This document shows positions 39,133 through 50,345 of a stretch of DNA of 64,000 bases, piece by piece. The DNA is from a virus. The stretch is from positions 1 to 64,000 of the IMG/VR virus record IMGVR_UViG_3300010885_004110; one strand, 5' to 3'. Made by a program: the position numbers and the translations under genes. How positions within the stretch are numbered: the stretch's first letter is position 1; every line of letters starts with the position of its first letter. The notes below the pieces were generated by a model, which was not told the DNA's origin, did not search any database, and saw only the letters and a list, made by a program, of their open reading frames with translations.

Positions 39133-42100
39133 TTAATTTGTACTTGTAATTATTGTGTTACTTGCTGCTCTAATTTCTGTAGCAGAAATTGCAGATACTA
39201 TTTCTATATCGTCTACAGTTGCACCGCTAACGAATATTTCGTCTACTCTACTTTGAATTTCAAACAAACTTCCAAAACTTTGAGTAGCTTGTCTAGGCAC
39301 TAACACCATGTTTGAAATGTCCGGAGATACGGAATTAATAACATACGTAATCATTTCACTAATATAAAATCTATCACCAAAATCCCAATTATTAACATCA
39401 AAAAATAGATTAATTGCACCAATAATTCTAACTTTTAAATCATTATCATTGATCAATTTATTTGTATTTTTAACTACTTTAAATTTTGCTTGAAGTTTTA
39501 CATTGGCAGTTGCGCCGAATAAAACTTTATATGTTACTGGATGATAAATTATTTCATCGCTGATAGTTTTAATTTGTCCTAACTTAGTACCAAAACTAAT
39601 TCTTAAACTATCACTGTTAGGTGCAGCTGGTTCAAGCAAAATTGCTCCTGCAAGATAATTTCTAAAATTAGTATCATAACTTCTTGTTAAAATATAAACG
39701 TCAATAATATTGCTAGCACTAGGATCGATTCTACGATCAACATTGGCATTATGAATATATTGAAATTTTAAATTTGAACGTCCATAATTTGCAAAATATG
39801 TAGGTTCTAAAATTAATGTATTCGTAGTCCTCGATACACGCTTTACTTGATCTTCATCGCTATTATAAAAATAAATTAACGCACCGTCGGCATAATTATT
39901 AACGTTAACTAAACTTTCTTTTTGTATAACGTCGATATGTCCATCGGTATTATCAATATATTGTTTAATTTTATTGCCTAAAGAATCGTTAATTTCTTTA
40001 AAGAAAATAAATTTCTTTTTATCTTGTTCTGTTAATATCTGATCGTTACCAACTAACATTTCAAATGCTTCGGGATTATCGATAACTCCGTCATCGTCGT
40101 TATCGAAAAATGCTATTTTAATATTATCAATACTTTGATAACCGTCGTCGTATCTAATAGTATCGCTAATTTCAAATTTAATATCTTGTTTTAAAGGTAA
40201 AATTAATTCACTGTTGGTATTTACTCCAAGTATTTTAATTTGATCTTTAACTACTTTTCCTGTTTTTCCATTGTATGTTTTAGACTTTGAATCAAAATAA
40301 AATCTATTTTGCTCAAGACTTCCAAAAATATAATCTAATCCTCTAATTCTTAAAATATATTCATCTGCTTCTTTTACAAATGCTAATACCCAAGATGCAT
40401 CTAAACTACTATTTGTAACATCACCAGATTTACCTAAACTAAAATTACTCAATAGATTTAAATTAGAACTTGTGATTAGTTTCCAGTCGCCGTCAATAAC
40501 GCTATATCGTAATCCAAAATTTAAATTACTAAACATTTGATTGGTTATTTCAGATTCTAATGCTGTTGATAAATTTGTAGAAAACTTAGGAACAATTCTA
40601 CTTGCAATAGCCCCCGTAGGAACAACATCACTAAACTGTATTGCACCTAGTCCAGAAGTTAAAATGCCAACTCCGGCATTTGTACCATCTCCGGTAATTT
40701 TAATAGCCTTGGTCCATATCCTATCATATTGATCAGGATCAGAAGAATTTGTTACTACTATCGATCCTTTCTTAAAACTATAACCGGCCGGTGGAACAAA
40801 CTTTACCAATGATCCCACCGCAACATATTTTAATGTGCTAGTAGTGTAGGTTCCTACTTTTAAGATTAAGTTTGTATCGTTTGCATTAATAAAATAACCA
40901 GTTGATAAATTAACATCTGTAGTAACTGTAACCCAGGACACTGGTTCAGTAAAAGTAATTTTATCGAATTTTGTTACAAAATAATTATAAACATCGGTAT
41001 TGTTGATTGTTGGTTCAACAGTGTTCCTAATAAAATTTAAAATTTCAACTCTATTTGTGTACTTGAAAGATGCCGAACGTTCGATTTCTTCTTTATAAAT
41101 TAAGCCGTCGTCGGCAAATACATTAACTGCACTATATTTTCCTGTAGCGTCAATAATTTCAAAATTTCTACTGATACCGCTAGATGTTCGATTAATTGCA
41201 TTTATTTTTAATATATCTTGAGAAGTAGTTAATGGTGCTAAATTATAATCTTCACCTGTAACCATTCTATTTTGAGTGTAATATTGTGCAGGGGCATTGG
41301 CTCTGATAGAATCAATTGACTCAGTTGGTGATGAACTACTTACTGTATATTTTAAACCAAGAGTAATTGTTAACGTATGACTAATGCCTTGACGGTTAAC
41401 GTACGGAACAGAAATAGTAATGCCTCGCATTTCATTTGGAGCAATCTGATAAGCTAGGCCGTTACTAGTTCGATAAAATACTCTAAAACTACCTTGTGGT
41501 AAATTACCATATACCCCATCGGCAAATGCTAAATCAACTCTGTCATTTTGTTTAGTAATTACAGAATATATATTTCGTATGCTCGATGTGACACTGTTAT
41601 AAGCAATGTTGTTTCCTACTAGAGCTGATACTTTTGTCCACTCGTCTTGTTGTGCGCCGTTAGCGTTTAAACTAAACAGCCAAAGATCATCATTATTAAT
41701 GTTATCACTGTCTACTGCTATAATTTCATTAGAAGAAGGCACATTTATCGAAAAGTCGGCAAGCTCTAAATTTCCTTGTTTAAACATTAAGAAGAAACCA
41801 GTATTCGAACTTGTGCCGCCACGTCCGTCATTTTTATAGACAAATCCTAATTGATTTCCAGGAACCGGCGGCTCTTCGTAGATCTCTTCTTTTCCTTTGA
41901 ATGCAGTACTAATTAACTCAAAAGTCATTTGGCGTCCAGAAACAATTTTACTAAAAGTAAAAACAGGAACATCAGTAGATGCTGTTCTAAATCTATATTG
42001 ATCAGTTTGAATCCCTTCGATTGTTGAAGTTCCTTGGCTGCGACCAAACTCAGTATTGTCTGCCATTGCTGCATTTAATACCGCTATAAATTGTTCTGAC

Positions 42101-42555
42101 CAGTTTTGATTTGTTGGATCATTCCATACAATTGTTTGTTGTGAAAGATTTTTACCGTTGCTGTCTAATACACTTTCTGTTGTGCTTACAGTATCAAATT
42201 TCAATAATCCCTTGGCGGCGATATTTCGTTTGGCATTATAACTTAACATCTTTGCCAAACGTAATACGCTTTCTTTACGCTCTGCTAGTTCAATAAAGTT
42301 TTCTCTACTGGCTAAATCAATACGGAATGACAAACTTTGTCCAAGAAAAGCAATGGCGTCGATTAATGCTAGGTACTCCGAACTTTCAATATAGTCGTTA
42401 AAATCTTCGGGATAGTTTTCACGGAAATAAGAAATTACAACTCTGCGAAGATTTTCAAAATCGTAAGATTTGAAGTCAGCAGTTTTAAACGTCTGGTATA
42501 TTCTTGTCCAATCCTCATTTAAAATAAGGTTGTTTTGTCTCGATGTAGTTGTCAT
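39133..42555 (-). CDS. baseplate wedge protein, gp6-like
   Basis: DFENLR..FNDYIESS..ENFIELAER.ESVLRLAKMLSYNAKR; ESIDSIRANAP..YTQNRMVTGEDY. Confidence 0.88.
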   Translation of the reverse strand: MTTTSRQNNLILNEDWTRIYQTFKTADFKSYDFENLRRVVISYFRENYPEDFNDYIESSEYLALIDAIAFLGQSLSFRIDLASRENFIELAERKESVLRLAKMLSYNAKRNIAAKGLLKFDTVSTTESVLDSNGKNLSQQTIVWNDPTNQNWSEQFIAVLNAAMADNTEFGRSQGTSTIEGIQTDQYRFRTASTDVPVFTFSKIVSGRQMTFELISTAFKGKEEIYEEPPVPGNQLGFVYKNDGRGGTSSNTGFFLMFKQGNLELADFSINVPSSNEIIAVDSDNINNDDLWLFSLNANGAQQDEWTKVSALVGNNIAYNSVTSSIRNIYSVITKQNDRVDLAFADGVYGNLPQGSFRVFYRTSNGLAYQIAPNEMRGITISVPYVNRQGISHTLTITLGLKYTVSSSSPTESIDSIRANAPAQYYTQNRMVTGEDYNLAPLTTSQDILKINAINRTSSGISRNFEIIDATGKYSAVNVFADDGLIYKEEIERSASFKYTNRVEILNFIRNTVEPTINNTDVYNYFVTKFDKITFTEPVSWVTVTTDVNLSTGYFINANDTNLILKVGTYTTSTLKYVAVGSLVKFVPPAGYSFKKGSIVVTNSSDPDQYDRIWTKAIKITGDGTNAGVGILTSGLGAIQFSDVVPTGAIASRIVPKFSTNLSTALESEITNQMFSNLNFGLRYSVIDGDWKLITSSNLNLLSNFSLGKSGDVTNSSLDASWVLAFVKEADEYILRIRGLDYIFGSLEQNRFYFDSKSKTYNGKTGKVVKDQIKILGVNTNSELILPLKQDIKFEISDTIRYDDGYQSIDNIKIAFFDNDDDGVIDNPEAFEMLVGNDQILTEQDKKKFIFFKEINDSLGNKIKQYIDNTDGHIDVIQKESLVNVNNYADGALIYFYNSDEDQVKRVSRTTNTLILEPTYFANYGRSNLKFQYIHNANVDRRIDPSASNIIDVYILTRSYDTNFRNYLAGAILLEPAAPNSDSLRISFGTKLGQIKTISDEIIYHPVTYKVLFGATANVKLQAKFKVVKNTNKLINDNDLKVRIIGAINLFFDVNNWDFGDRFYISEMITYVINSVSPDISNMVLVPRQATQSFGSLFEIQSRVDEIFVSGATVDDIEIVSAISATEIRAASNTIITSTN

Positions 42556-42598
42556 AGATCCTAGTCCTGTACTGTATTTACCGGAGAAAATAAAGTGC

Positions 42599-43033
42599 TT
42601 AGTTTATAATATTATTTTGTTTATCAAAATCAAACGTCATGCGTTCATTGATATTAAAGGGCAAATATGTGATGTCTGCTTCGATTCTAATACCCATGTC
42701 GGTGCTGTCTATAACAACTCCATTAATGGCAATCCTAGGATCATAATTAATAATCTGCTCAACATCTTTTGTTATTAGTTGTTTAACTTCTTCAGTAAAG
42801 GGTTCAAATAATAAATCCCATATAATTGTTCCAAAATCAGGATTCATAAGTTTTTCACCTTTACGAATATAAAAGTGATTAATTAAATCTTGTTTTACTA
42901 AATCAATATCGTTTAACTTAAAGGTATTAGATGTTTCTTTACTGCTAAATCCTTTATAGGTAAATGATTGCTGACTGTCACTTACGCTTGCTGTGAAGGA
43001 TGCTACTGATTTTTTATTGTAAATTTTAGCCAT
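42599..43033 (-). CDS. baseplate wedge protein, gp25-like
   Basis: RKGEKLMNPDFGTIIWDLLFEP...YDPRI; start ATG 43033. Confidence 0.9.
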   Translation of the reverse strand: MAKIYNKKSVASFTASVSDSQQSFTYKGFSSKETSNTFKLNDIDLVKQDLINHFYIRKGEKLMNPDFGTIIWDLLFEPFTEEVKQLITKDVEQIINYDPRIAINGVVIDSTDMGIRIEADITYLPFNINERMTFDFDKQNNIIN

Positions 43034-43034
43034 T

Positions 43035-44594
43035 TTATGCGTCCCTATCTGTATTTGTTGGTGTAAAGAAATCAGGTGCCTGATTCTCATGTAGTGCCCA
43101 CGGTTCGTGCATTGGTATACGTTTCATTATGCTTTTTAATGGTTTACTAACTGCATATCTATTTTTGCCGTCCCATTTTTCTGTTGAGCTAGTTACAACA
43201 TTTTCGTGTGTTTGTAACAACTCTGTTAACGCTGCATCTGCTGCTGCGGGAGCGGCAGGACCGTTAAGATTAATATTGCCACCTGAAATTGTTGTGTTTG
43301 TAGCACCGACTGAAAAATCTCCACCGGCAGTGATTTTTGCTGCGCCTCCACTTTTAATATCAAGTGTGCCAGCAGATGTAATTTTATTATTTCCTGTAGT
43401 GTTTATATCTACATTTCCAGTAGTAGTTATAAGCCCATCTTTACCGACTACTATTTCTAAATTTGTTGCAATGTCAGCGTGTAGTCTACCTTCTTCTGCT
43501 CTTAAATTTAAATTTCTTCCTGCTTCAAAATTGATATCTCTATCGGCTCTAAAATTTAAATCATTTTCGCTGTGTATACTAATGCTATCTTCGGCATAGA
43601 TATCGATCTTACCATTGCTAGTCATTTCAATCCAAGTTGTTCCCCTAGCGTTTCCTATATAGATTAAATCTTCGCTATTGTGTAATAGTATCTGGTGCCC
43701 TGTTCTTGTACGAACTCTAAAGTATTCATTGTAGGGAATATTAGGATCACCTTTTTCGTTATTTAAAGTGTCGGCATAATCCATTGATCCGGTGCTTGCA
43801 GGTTTTTTACGTTGATATTGATCGTCACCATCGTCAAATACCATTGTTGTTCCACCAAGTCTACTAACAGGAACAGTGCTTGGACTCTTTGTTTGTTTCT
43901 TTCCAATAAATTGTTTTTTAGCGCCACTTCCTCTATCAAACGGACCGGGGGTGCTAATTCCAAATACTGTATTAGGTATACTACGTCTACTAGTCGATGT
44001 AGTGACTCCCCTAACATCGTCTTCTAATAAACCTTGTTCTAAAAATCTATCAGCAATGGGATGAACAGCTTTTTTAATCTTACCCATTTCTAATTTTTTT
44101 TCTAGATTATTAGTTTTTCTATTAACTTCCCCCACTGGCAGAGGTTGAGTAGTATCATACTTTTTCTTTTGATCAGCAGTTAGTTCAACTTCTGTTGACC
44201 CTGCAATTGCCGGGATCATATGATTTGCAAAGCGTCCGGGTACACAGGCAAACCAATATCCTTCCGATGGTTTACCATCTACAAATGCACACAACACTGT
44301 AGTGCCAATTTCCGGTGTAGGAAACCACATTCCGTAACTTTTTTGAGTGTCATTAAAGTCATCTTTGTTTAACCCTTGATACTCATAGGCAGTTACACCA
44401 TAGAAGGGACTAGCATATTTTAAATTATATGTTTGTCCAATATCTCCTATTTCATTTCCGTTATCTCTTGTAATTGCTGCTTCAACTCCACCCATAAATG
44501 AAGGATCCAAATATCCAACTACCTTGGCCATCATGACCCCAGTACCCATTTTACCGGATGCTTCACTAACGGCTGTTCTTTTTTCTGTTGACAT
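43035..44594 (-). CDS. baseplate central spike, gp5/VgrG-like, no lysozyme domain
   Basis: OB-fold SYGMWFPTPEIGTTVLCAF, RTRTGHQILLHNSE, beta-helix repeats, INLN. Confidence 0.8.
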   Translation of the reverse strand: MSTEKRTAVSEASGKMGTGVMMAKVVGYLDPSFMGGVEAAITRDNGNEIGDIGQTYNLKYASPFYGVTAYEYQGLNKDDFNDTQKSYGMWFPTPEIGTTVLCAFVDGKPSEGYWFACVPGRFANHMIPAIAGSTEVELTADQKKKYDTTQPLPVGEVNRKTNNLEKKLEMGKIKKAVHPIADRFLEQGLLEDDVRGVTTSTSRRSIPNTVFGISTPGPFDRGSGAKKQFIGKKQTKSPSTVPVSRLGGTTMVFDDGDDQYQRKKPASTGSMDYADTLNNEKGDPNIPYNEYFRVRTRTGHQILLHNSEDLIYIGNARGTTWIEMTSNGKIDIYAEDSISIHSENDLNFRADRDINFEAGRNLNLRAEEGRLHADIATNLEIVVGKDGLITTTGNVDINTTGNNKITSAGTLDIKSGGAAKITAGGDFSVGATNTTISGGNINLNGPAAPAAADAALTELLQTHENVVTSSTEKWDGKNRYAVSKPLKSIMKRIPMHEPWALHENQAPDFFTPTNTDRDA

Positions 44595-44597
44595 TTG

Positions 44598-46925
44598 TTA
44601 TCCCATAAAGTCGCCAAGTGCGGCGTTGTTTGCTGCTATGTCTTCATCTGTTGGTCCGGACCTTGGAGGCTCAGGTGTAGTTGTATCGTATAACATCTGT
44701 GTTTGTTTGCTAATTGCTTCAGAACCGTCAATGTAATCGTTACCTTGGCCTTGTAATCTCATTAGTTCAAGAGTTTGCTGGAAGGATCCGCCGGAAAATT
44801 TGCTGTTGACATAGTTGACTTTGTAAATTCCGCTGAACGGACTAATCCATTCTCCCTTAGGAAAATTGTATAATCCACCTTCACCTGTAACTCCTAAATT
44901 AGGTTCTATAGGACTTCTCCAAGATATAAAAACATAAATTTCGCTAGCTTCCCAATTCATACTAGCATCTGTAGTGACTTGTGGATTACTACTTTCTTCT
45001 GCAAAATAATTAGAATTAATTCCGCTGTCAGATATAAAAAACGGATCTCCTAAAATATCAATGTTGACATTTGCTAAATCTTTAGAGCCGTTTAAGAATG
45101 CATGATTAAATGCATCAGCAATCACTTGTTCAACTGTTTTATCTCCAGAGGCAGTTCCTGTTTTAATACTGTAATCAGGCTTAATTGCGGCTCCTCCAGC
45201 TAGTGAAGTAACACCACTAGAAGCTTCGCCTTTTTGTATAATTGCTTGATTTTTTTGTTCATCGGTGCCTGCTTGAATATCTTTATTAGCAACACTACCG
45301 TGCTGATTAGGTGGAGTTGGCATTTGTCCTTGGAACCACAAAGCATTTAATTGTATATCAAACTTTAATAAATCATTATTTGTTCCTGTATAGATATAAT
45401 CATATTTTTTTGCAATAATCTTTTGTAGTGCTCCTCGACCTGGAGGTGCTGCATTAGGATTTTTAAATACTGCAGAATCGACTTTGTAAGGAACTATACG
45501 ATAAACGTATTTTTTTGCCCTTACATTTCGTAATGGATCATATTCTAATAGTTGTATTTGACAATCAATTCTATACCAATTAATTGCATTATCTACAATT
45601 GCCGTAGGTTTGATTGCATTTTCGGCAAACTTAGAACTTAAAATAATTCTATTAATAATTTGACTTATTTTTTCTCCTTGTGGAAAAGTAAATAATCTTA
45701 AATTAGTATCAATAGACATTTTTTCTTTAATTACTTTTTGACCCTTTTCATCTACAACATCGCTTTCTGATTTGAAAACATAATTACCACCGGAGGTTGC
45801 ATCAAATCCCATAGTGTTAACATCACTACCTATTGCTCCACTGCCGAAGTCAACATCACTATCGTCTTCAGAAGTACCGAGATTTATAGGAATCTGAGCA
45901 TTGGGGTCGGCGGTGGCTCTAAGACTATCTGTGGATGTTGACTTATCCTCTGTCCCCACCGGATCTGAAGCACTTACCGGAAATACTATCTGATACACGT
46001 CTGGATATGTTTGTTGTTTTTTAGCCACACGTTCTCGTTGAATTCTATTTAAAGTAGTGCATAAACTTCTTGCACCTGACGACAATACACTCTTACAAGT
46101 TTCGCCGGTGATTGATATTTCGTTAGGAACAACATTAACAAGATCACTAAATCCAGAATAGTGCAGTGGCATTGCTGTTACTTTGTATTTGCTTCCACCT
46201 TCATCTACTTTAAATTCTATTTGATTAATACGAACAGTAAAATATCTAGTTAGGTCGTCAGTTGATGAAAAGATTGCGCCGTTGTCTTTGAAACCTTTAA
46301 ATTCTAACATTAACAAATATGGTGTTACTTCTAGATAACTAGGATATCCTGCATTAACTGCGGCAGTTTTCATACTCTGTAAAAATAATCCCATACTGTA
46401 AGGTTCGAATACATCAAAGGTAATGTTAAAATTATTTGTGTTACCTTCTTTAGCACCTGGAGCAACATTGTGCTTCATTTGTACGTTGTCTATAAAATAC
46501 TCAGGGGCGCCGTTTACTGTATTTGCACGTTTGTCGTCAAACCTACCGGCCGATGATAAAATTACATTGTTTAGTGCTGATGGATTATTCCTATATAATT
46601 TAGGATTGTTAAATTGATTTGGTTCTAAACAGGCCAGTGTCCATAGAGGAGCATAAGAAGCAAATTGTTCTAATACGTTTTCATACGGGGGGCCGCCGGC
46701 AGGCGAGTTTACAAAAGCAGTTAACAATGGAGCAATTTTAGCAGGATCAGGTTCATAGTTTTGACCTTGTCCTGGAGTCATTGTTGCTCCACCGACAACG
46801 GCATTAGTCAATTGTCTTGCAGATCCAACCGCTAGATTAATTGCCGCTGCTACATTAAGAACCGGGTTGCCATCGGGTCTTAATACATTTCCTAGAGCTT
46901 GCCCGATATCACGAAAATCTGGCAT
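44598..46925 (-). CDS. baseplate hub protein, gp27-like
   Basis: Position between gp53-like and gp5-like genes; IDILGDP and FSGIYKVNYVNSKFSGGSFQQTL hub motifs. Confidence 0.65.
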   Translation of the reverse strand: MPDFRDIGQALGNVLRPDGNPVLNVAAAINLAVGSARQLTNAVVGGATMTPGQGQNYEPDPAKIAPLLTAFVNSPAGGPPYENVLEQFASYAPLWTLACLEPNQFNNPKLYRNNPSALNNVILSSAGRFDDKRANTVNGAPEYFIDNVQMKHNVAPGAKEGNTNNFNITFDVFEPYSMGLFLQSMKTAAVNAGYPSYLEVTPYLLMLEFKGFKDNGAIFSSTDDLTRYFTVRINQIEFKVDEGGSKYKVTAMPLHYSGFSDLVNVVPNEISITGETCKSVLSSGARSLCTTLNRIQRERVAKKQQTYPDVYQIVFPVSASDPVGTEDKSTSTDSLRATADPNAQIPINLGTSEDDSDVDFGSGAIGSDVNTMGFDATSGGNYVFKSESDVVDEKGQKVIKEKMSIDTNLRLFTFPQGEKISQIINRIILSSKFAENAIKPTAIVDNAINWYRIDCQIQLLEYDPLRNVRAKKYVYRIVPYKVDSAVFKNPNAAPPGRGALQKIIAKKYDYIYTGTNNDLLKFDIQLNALWFQGQMPTPPNQHGSVANKDIQAGTDEQKNQAIIQKGEASSGVTSLAGGAAIKPDYSIKTGTASGDKTVEQVIADAFNHAFLNGSKDLANVNIDILGDPFFISDSGINSNYFAEESSNPQVTTDASMNWEASEIYVFISWRSPIEPNLGVTGEGGLYNFPKGEWISPFSGIYKVNYVNSKFSGGSFQQTLELMRLQGQGNDYIDGSEAISKQTQMLYDTTTPEPPRSGPTDEDIAANNAALGDFMG

Positions 46926-46926
46926 G

Positions 46927-47226
46927 TTAAACCCCTATGTACTTTTCTATATTAGATTTTTTAGGACAATAGATTTGTGTGCCCGGGGAAAAATCATATA
47001 TAGGATCTTTGAGAATGCTCATGTTACGCTGCACAAATACCCACCATAGTTTTGGATTACCGTATAAATCATAAGCTAATAAATCCGGTCTATTCTTATA
47101 CTGAGTTTCAATTGTATATAAGAAATCATCTGCTTCTGCAGGAACTGGTCTAATTGTTATTAACTCTAGATAAAGATTATTTTGCTTAGAGTTATAATAT
47201 GGTGATGCTCGATTGTAAGTTGCCAT
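46927..47226 (-). CDS. baseplate wedge protein, gp53/LysM-like
   Basis: RPDLLAYDLYGNPKLWWVF..N. Confidence 0.85.
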   Translation of the reverse strand: MATYNRASPYYNSKQNNLYLELITIRPVPAEADDFLYTIETQYKNRPDLLAYDLYGNPKLWWVFVQRNMSILKDPIYDFSPGTQIYCPKKSNIEKYIGV

Positions 47227-47227
47227 T

Positions 47228-48361
47228 TTAGATGTATCCCGTTAGTTTGCCGCCGGCATAATCTTTTAAATTAAATTGTCTTAATCGTGTTCTATTATAG
47301 ATAGGCGATACAGTAACGCTGATAGTTGACATGATCGGAACCCATGTCGGTGCCCCGCCACTAGCAGGTGTATATTTCATGTAGTTTACATCGTCTTTAA
47401 AGTCTACGCTAAAACTTTTTACAATCACAGGAACATTATTAAAAATTCTTGCACCATATCCTGTTAAATTACAAACTACAGGAGGATTACCAACATGTTC
47501 GCCTTGTCCGAAAAACATTTTTGTTGAAGTTTTTAAGAATGTAGTCCCTTGTATCCAATATTCTGCATCCATTTCGTTTTCTACAGAAAACTCTCCACTA
47601 ATTTGAATATCGTCTACCTGACTATTTTTATAAGCATAGAACGGTTGAATATTGTGTATCGGATCTATCTGCGAGTAGTTAGCTTTTGATGCTACTGTGA
47701 TGCTTGGCAAATAGGGCCAAACAAATCCACCAGTTTCAGATAGTCGACTAAATGCGCCTCCAAATAAACCAAAGTTGCAATTTAATTTAACACGCCAGTC
47801 AGCTTCTGACCCCGCTTTTAACTCAACAAATGCTCCCTGTTGCTTAAATAATTCTGCACCACTAGGTAGATTCTTTCCTCTTGTCATACTGAGAAGATTG
47901 TTTAACATTCCAGCTGCCGATGAAATTTGTCCAGCTGCTGCTGCTAGACCACCGCCTAGTCCACCACTGGCTAACCCTAATTTGTTTAAACTTGCACCAA
48001 TAGCTGCACTAGCATTACTGATTGCACCGGCGGCGCCGCCTAATGCACCCGCAGCACCCGCTAATGCTCCTTGTGCATTTGAAACCATACTTTGTATAGG
48101 GTTTCCAATGTTACCAAGTGCTGAAGCTGCTCCACCTAGCGCACCACCTGTCTTGCCAATTAACTCGCTGGCTGCAGATGTTGCTCCGTTCAACCCGCTA
48201 CCTAGTTCGCCAGCTAGACTGCCAATTTTAGAATCCAATCCTGCTTTAAGAGATGCAAAATTTGTGCTGGCTATTGCACCGCTTGCTGCGGCAGAGGCAG
48301 AGTTTACCTGCGCTGACACAGAAGAAACTAACTTAGCCAAAGGATTTGTAGATAATGCCAT
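47228..48361 (-). CDS. tail tube initiator/baseplate cap (gp48/gp54-like) with Gly/Ala-rich N-terminus
   Basis: C-terminal tube-fold motifs WPYLPSI, PPVVCNLTGYG, VPVIVKSFSVDF. Confidence 0.6.
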   Translation of the reverse strand: MALSTNPLAKLVSSVSAQVNSASAAASGAIASTNFASLKAGLDSKIGSLAGELGSGLNGATSAASELIGKTGGALGGAASALGNIGNPIQSMVSNAQGALAGAAGALGGAAGAISNASAAIGASLNKLGLASGGLGGGLAAAAGQISSAAGMLNNLLSMTRGKNLPSGAELFKQQGAFVELKAGSEADWRVKLNCNFGLFGGAFSRLSETGGFVWPYLPSITVASKANYSQIDPIHNIQPFYAYKNSQVDDIQISGEFSVENEMDAEYWIQGTTFLKTSTKMFFGQGEHVGNPPVVCNLTGYGARIFNNVPVIVKSFSVDFKDDVNYMKYTPASGGAPTWVPIMSTISVTVSPIYNRTRLRQFNLKDYAGGKLTGYI

Positions 48362-48424
48362 TTTGAATGAATTTTCCTATTATTCAGTATTTATTCTTGA
48401 CAAAATGTGCTATTATATTAACTA

Positions 48425-49294
48425 ATGGAGAAACCACCGTCAATGACACCTATACCTAAAGTAAAATATCTAACGAACAAGGATCTACTAAAAGAAATAC
48501 ATTTAAGCAAAAATACATATTGTTCATATGTAGATCCTAGCTATGGAGATTATGATATTATTCTCCCTAGTCTAGAAAAACTTAATATTAGAACTGTAGC
48601 AGAAGCCAAAAGAAATAAAGCAATTAAAATGAGCAAGAAAGCTCACGAGATAGCGCAATCGGGAGGAAAGAAATTTCCTGCCAAAGACTACGAAGTAGAT
48701 TATAAAAAAATTCAGAAAACAGACGTAGTATTTCGTATTATGACGTTTGAACATGTGCCATTGGCGCCCGGTCGTAAAAAGACTCTCAAGAATACTGCTG
48801 ACAGTCATGAAAAAGTAAATTTTCCTCCATTCCAACATTGGAAATACGACGACAATGATAATTTGATCTTAGTCGGCAAGAGTCATTGGAAGGGAGACTT
48901 TGTTACTGGAACGTTTAATAAAGAACACGGAAAGATGACTAACAATCTTGCACGTATGTTTTTAAAACTTTGTGAGCGTTATGCTACTAGAGGTAATGTT
49001 CGTGGATACACCTACAACGATGAAATGCGTGGGCAGGCTATTCTTCAACTAACTCAAATAGGACTTCAATTCGATGAAAGCAAATCTGACAATCCTTTTG
49101 CTTATTATACTGCTGCTGTTACAAATAGTTTTGTGCGTATCATTAACATCGAGAAACGAAATCAAAATATCAGAGACGATATTCTCGAAATGAATGGTAT
49201 GAATCCTAGTTGGACTAGACAGAATGCCAGTGGAGGTAGTCAATATAACGGCCCTGCTGCTGCTGGAGACGGCGGTGGTAGCGATTGGGATTGA
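48425..49294 (+). CDS. late-transcription sigma factor, gp55-like
   Basis: YLTNKDLL, RGYTYNDEM, FDESKSDNPFAYYT, IEKRNQ; upstream of gp47/gp46 as in T4. True start may be ATG 48443. Confidence 0.85.
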   Translation: MEKPPSMTPIPKVKYLTNKDLLKEIHLSKNTYCSYVDPSYGDYDIILPSLEKLNIRTVAEAKRNKAIKMSKKAHEIAQSGGKKFPAKDYEVDYKKIQKTDVVFRIMTFEHVPLAPGRKKTLKNTADSHEKVNFPPFQHWKYDDNDNLILVGKSHWKGDFVTGTFNKEHGKMTNNLARMFLKLCERYATRGNVRGYTYNDEMRGQAILQLTQIGLQFDESKSDNPFAYYTAAVTNSFVRIINIEKRNQNIRDDILEMNGMNPSWTRQNASGGSQYNGPAAAGDGGGSDWD

Positions 49295-49319
49295 CCCGTG
49301 TGTTGTAAAATAGTACAAT
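49291..49319 (+). promoter_or_regulatory. sigma70-type promoter for gp47-gp46
   Basis: TTGACC-N17-TACAAT, then AAGGAG and ATG 49335. Confidence 0.7.
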
Positions 49320-49334
49320 ACTAAAGGAGAATCT

Positions 49335-50345
49335 ATGTCATTATTTAAAAAAGTAGCGTGTTTTACTGATATCCATTTTGGTCTTAAATCAGGAAGTCGT
49401 ACACATAATCAAGATTGCGAAGATTTTGTAACTTGGTTTTGTGAAACTGCCAAGGCAGCAGGTGCAGAAACTTGCATCTTCCTTGGCGACTGGCATCATA
49501 ATCGCAGTACTACAGATGTTAGTACTATGAATTATACCGTTTCAAACTTAGAGAAGCTTAATAATAACTTTGAAAAAGTATATCTTATCATGGGTAATCA
49601 TGATGAGTTTTATAAAGACAAACGTGAAATCCATAGTCTAGAATTTGCTAGACTGTTCCCTAATATTCAAGTTGTTAATAAAACACACACTGACGGTGAT
49701 GTTACTATTATGCCGTGGTTAGTTGGGGACGAATGGAAAACTATTCCAAATATTAAAAGCAAATACATATTTGGACATTTAGAACTACCTAGCTTCTACA
49801 TGAATGCCATGGTACAGATGCCGGATCACGGGCAGGTACAGAGTAGTCATTTTGTTAATCAAGAATATGTATTCACTGGTCATTTTCACAAAAGACAAAA
49901 TTCTCAAAACATATGGTATATGGGTAATGCATTCCCACACAACTACGCCGATGCAGGTGACGATGATCGAGGTATGATGTTATTAGAATGGGGCAACAAA
50001 CCTGAATTTAAAACTTGGCCTGGGCAACCAATTTATAGAACTTATAAACTTAGTCAAATTATTGATACCCCTGATGCTCTACTCAGAGAAAAAATGCATT
50101 GTCGTGTTACTATCGACTTGCCTATTAGTTTTGAAGAAGCAAACTTTATCAAAGAACAATTTATTCCACAATACAACTTGCGTGAACTAATGCTAATACC
50201 GGAAAAGGTAGAAGTAGAATCAAATTCAGTTCCTATAGATATTAATTTTGAAAGCGTAGATACAATAGTCATGAATCAAATTAATGCTATTGAGAGCGAT
50301 AGTTATAACAAAGCAATGTTGTTAGACATTTACAAAGACCTATGA
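49335..50345 (+). CDS. recombination nuclease gp47 (Mre11/SbcD)
   Basis: TDIHFG, LGDWHH, MGNHD, GHLE, TGHFH. Confidence 0.93.
   Translation: MSLFKKVACFTDIHFGLKSGSRTHNQDCEDFVTWFCETAKAAGAETCIFLGDWHHNRSTTDVSTMNYTVSNLEKLNNNFEKVYLIMGNHDEFYKDKREIHSLEFARLFPNIQVVNKTHTDGDVTIMPWLVGDEWKTIPNIKSKYIFGHLELPSFYMNAMVQMPDHGQVQSSHFVNQEYVFTGHFHKRQNSQNIWYMGNAFPHNYADAGDDDRGMMLLEWGNKPEFKTWPGQPIYRTYKLSQIIDTPDALLREKMHCRVTIDLPISFEEANFIKEQFIPQYNLRELMLIPEKVEVESNSVPIDINFESVDTIVMNQINAIESDSYNKAMLLDIYKDL

Noticed and set aside
17119-46617. Numerous short + strand ORFs inside structural genes
   Set aside because: Antisense to long, well-supported genes; no recognisable motifs
48397-48420. Perfect TTGACA upstream of the sigma gene
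   Set aside because: No good -10 at 16-18 nt spacing; only an extended -10 (TGCTATTAT) is plausible, so no promoter is called
47775-48425. 216-aa + strand ORF
   Set aside because: Antisense shadow of the Gly/Ala-rich region of the gp48/54-like gene
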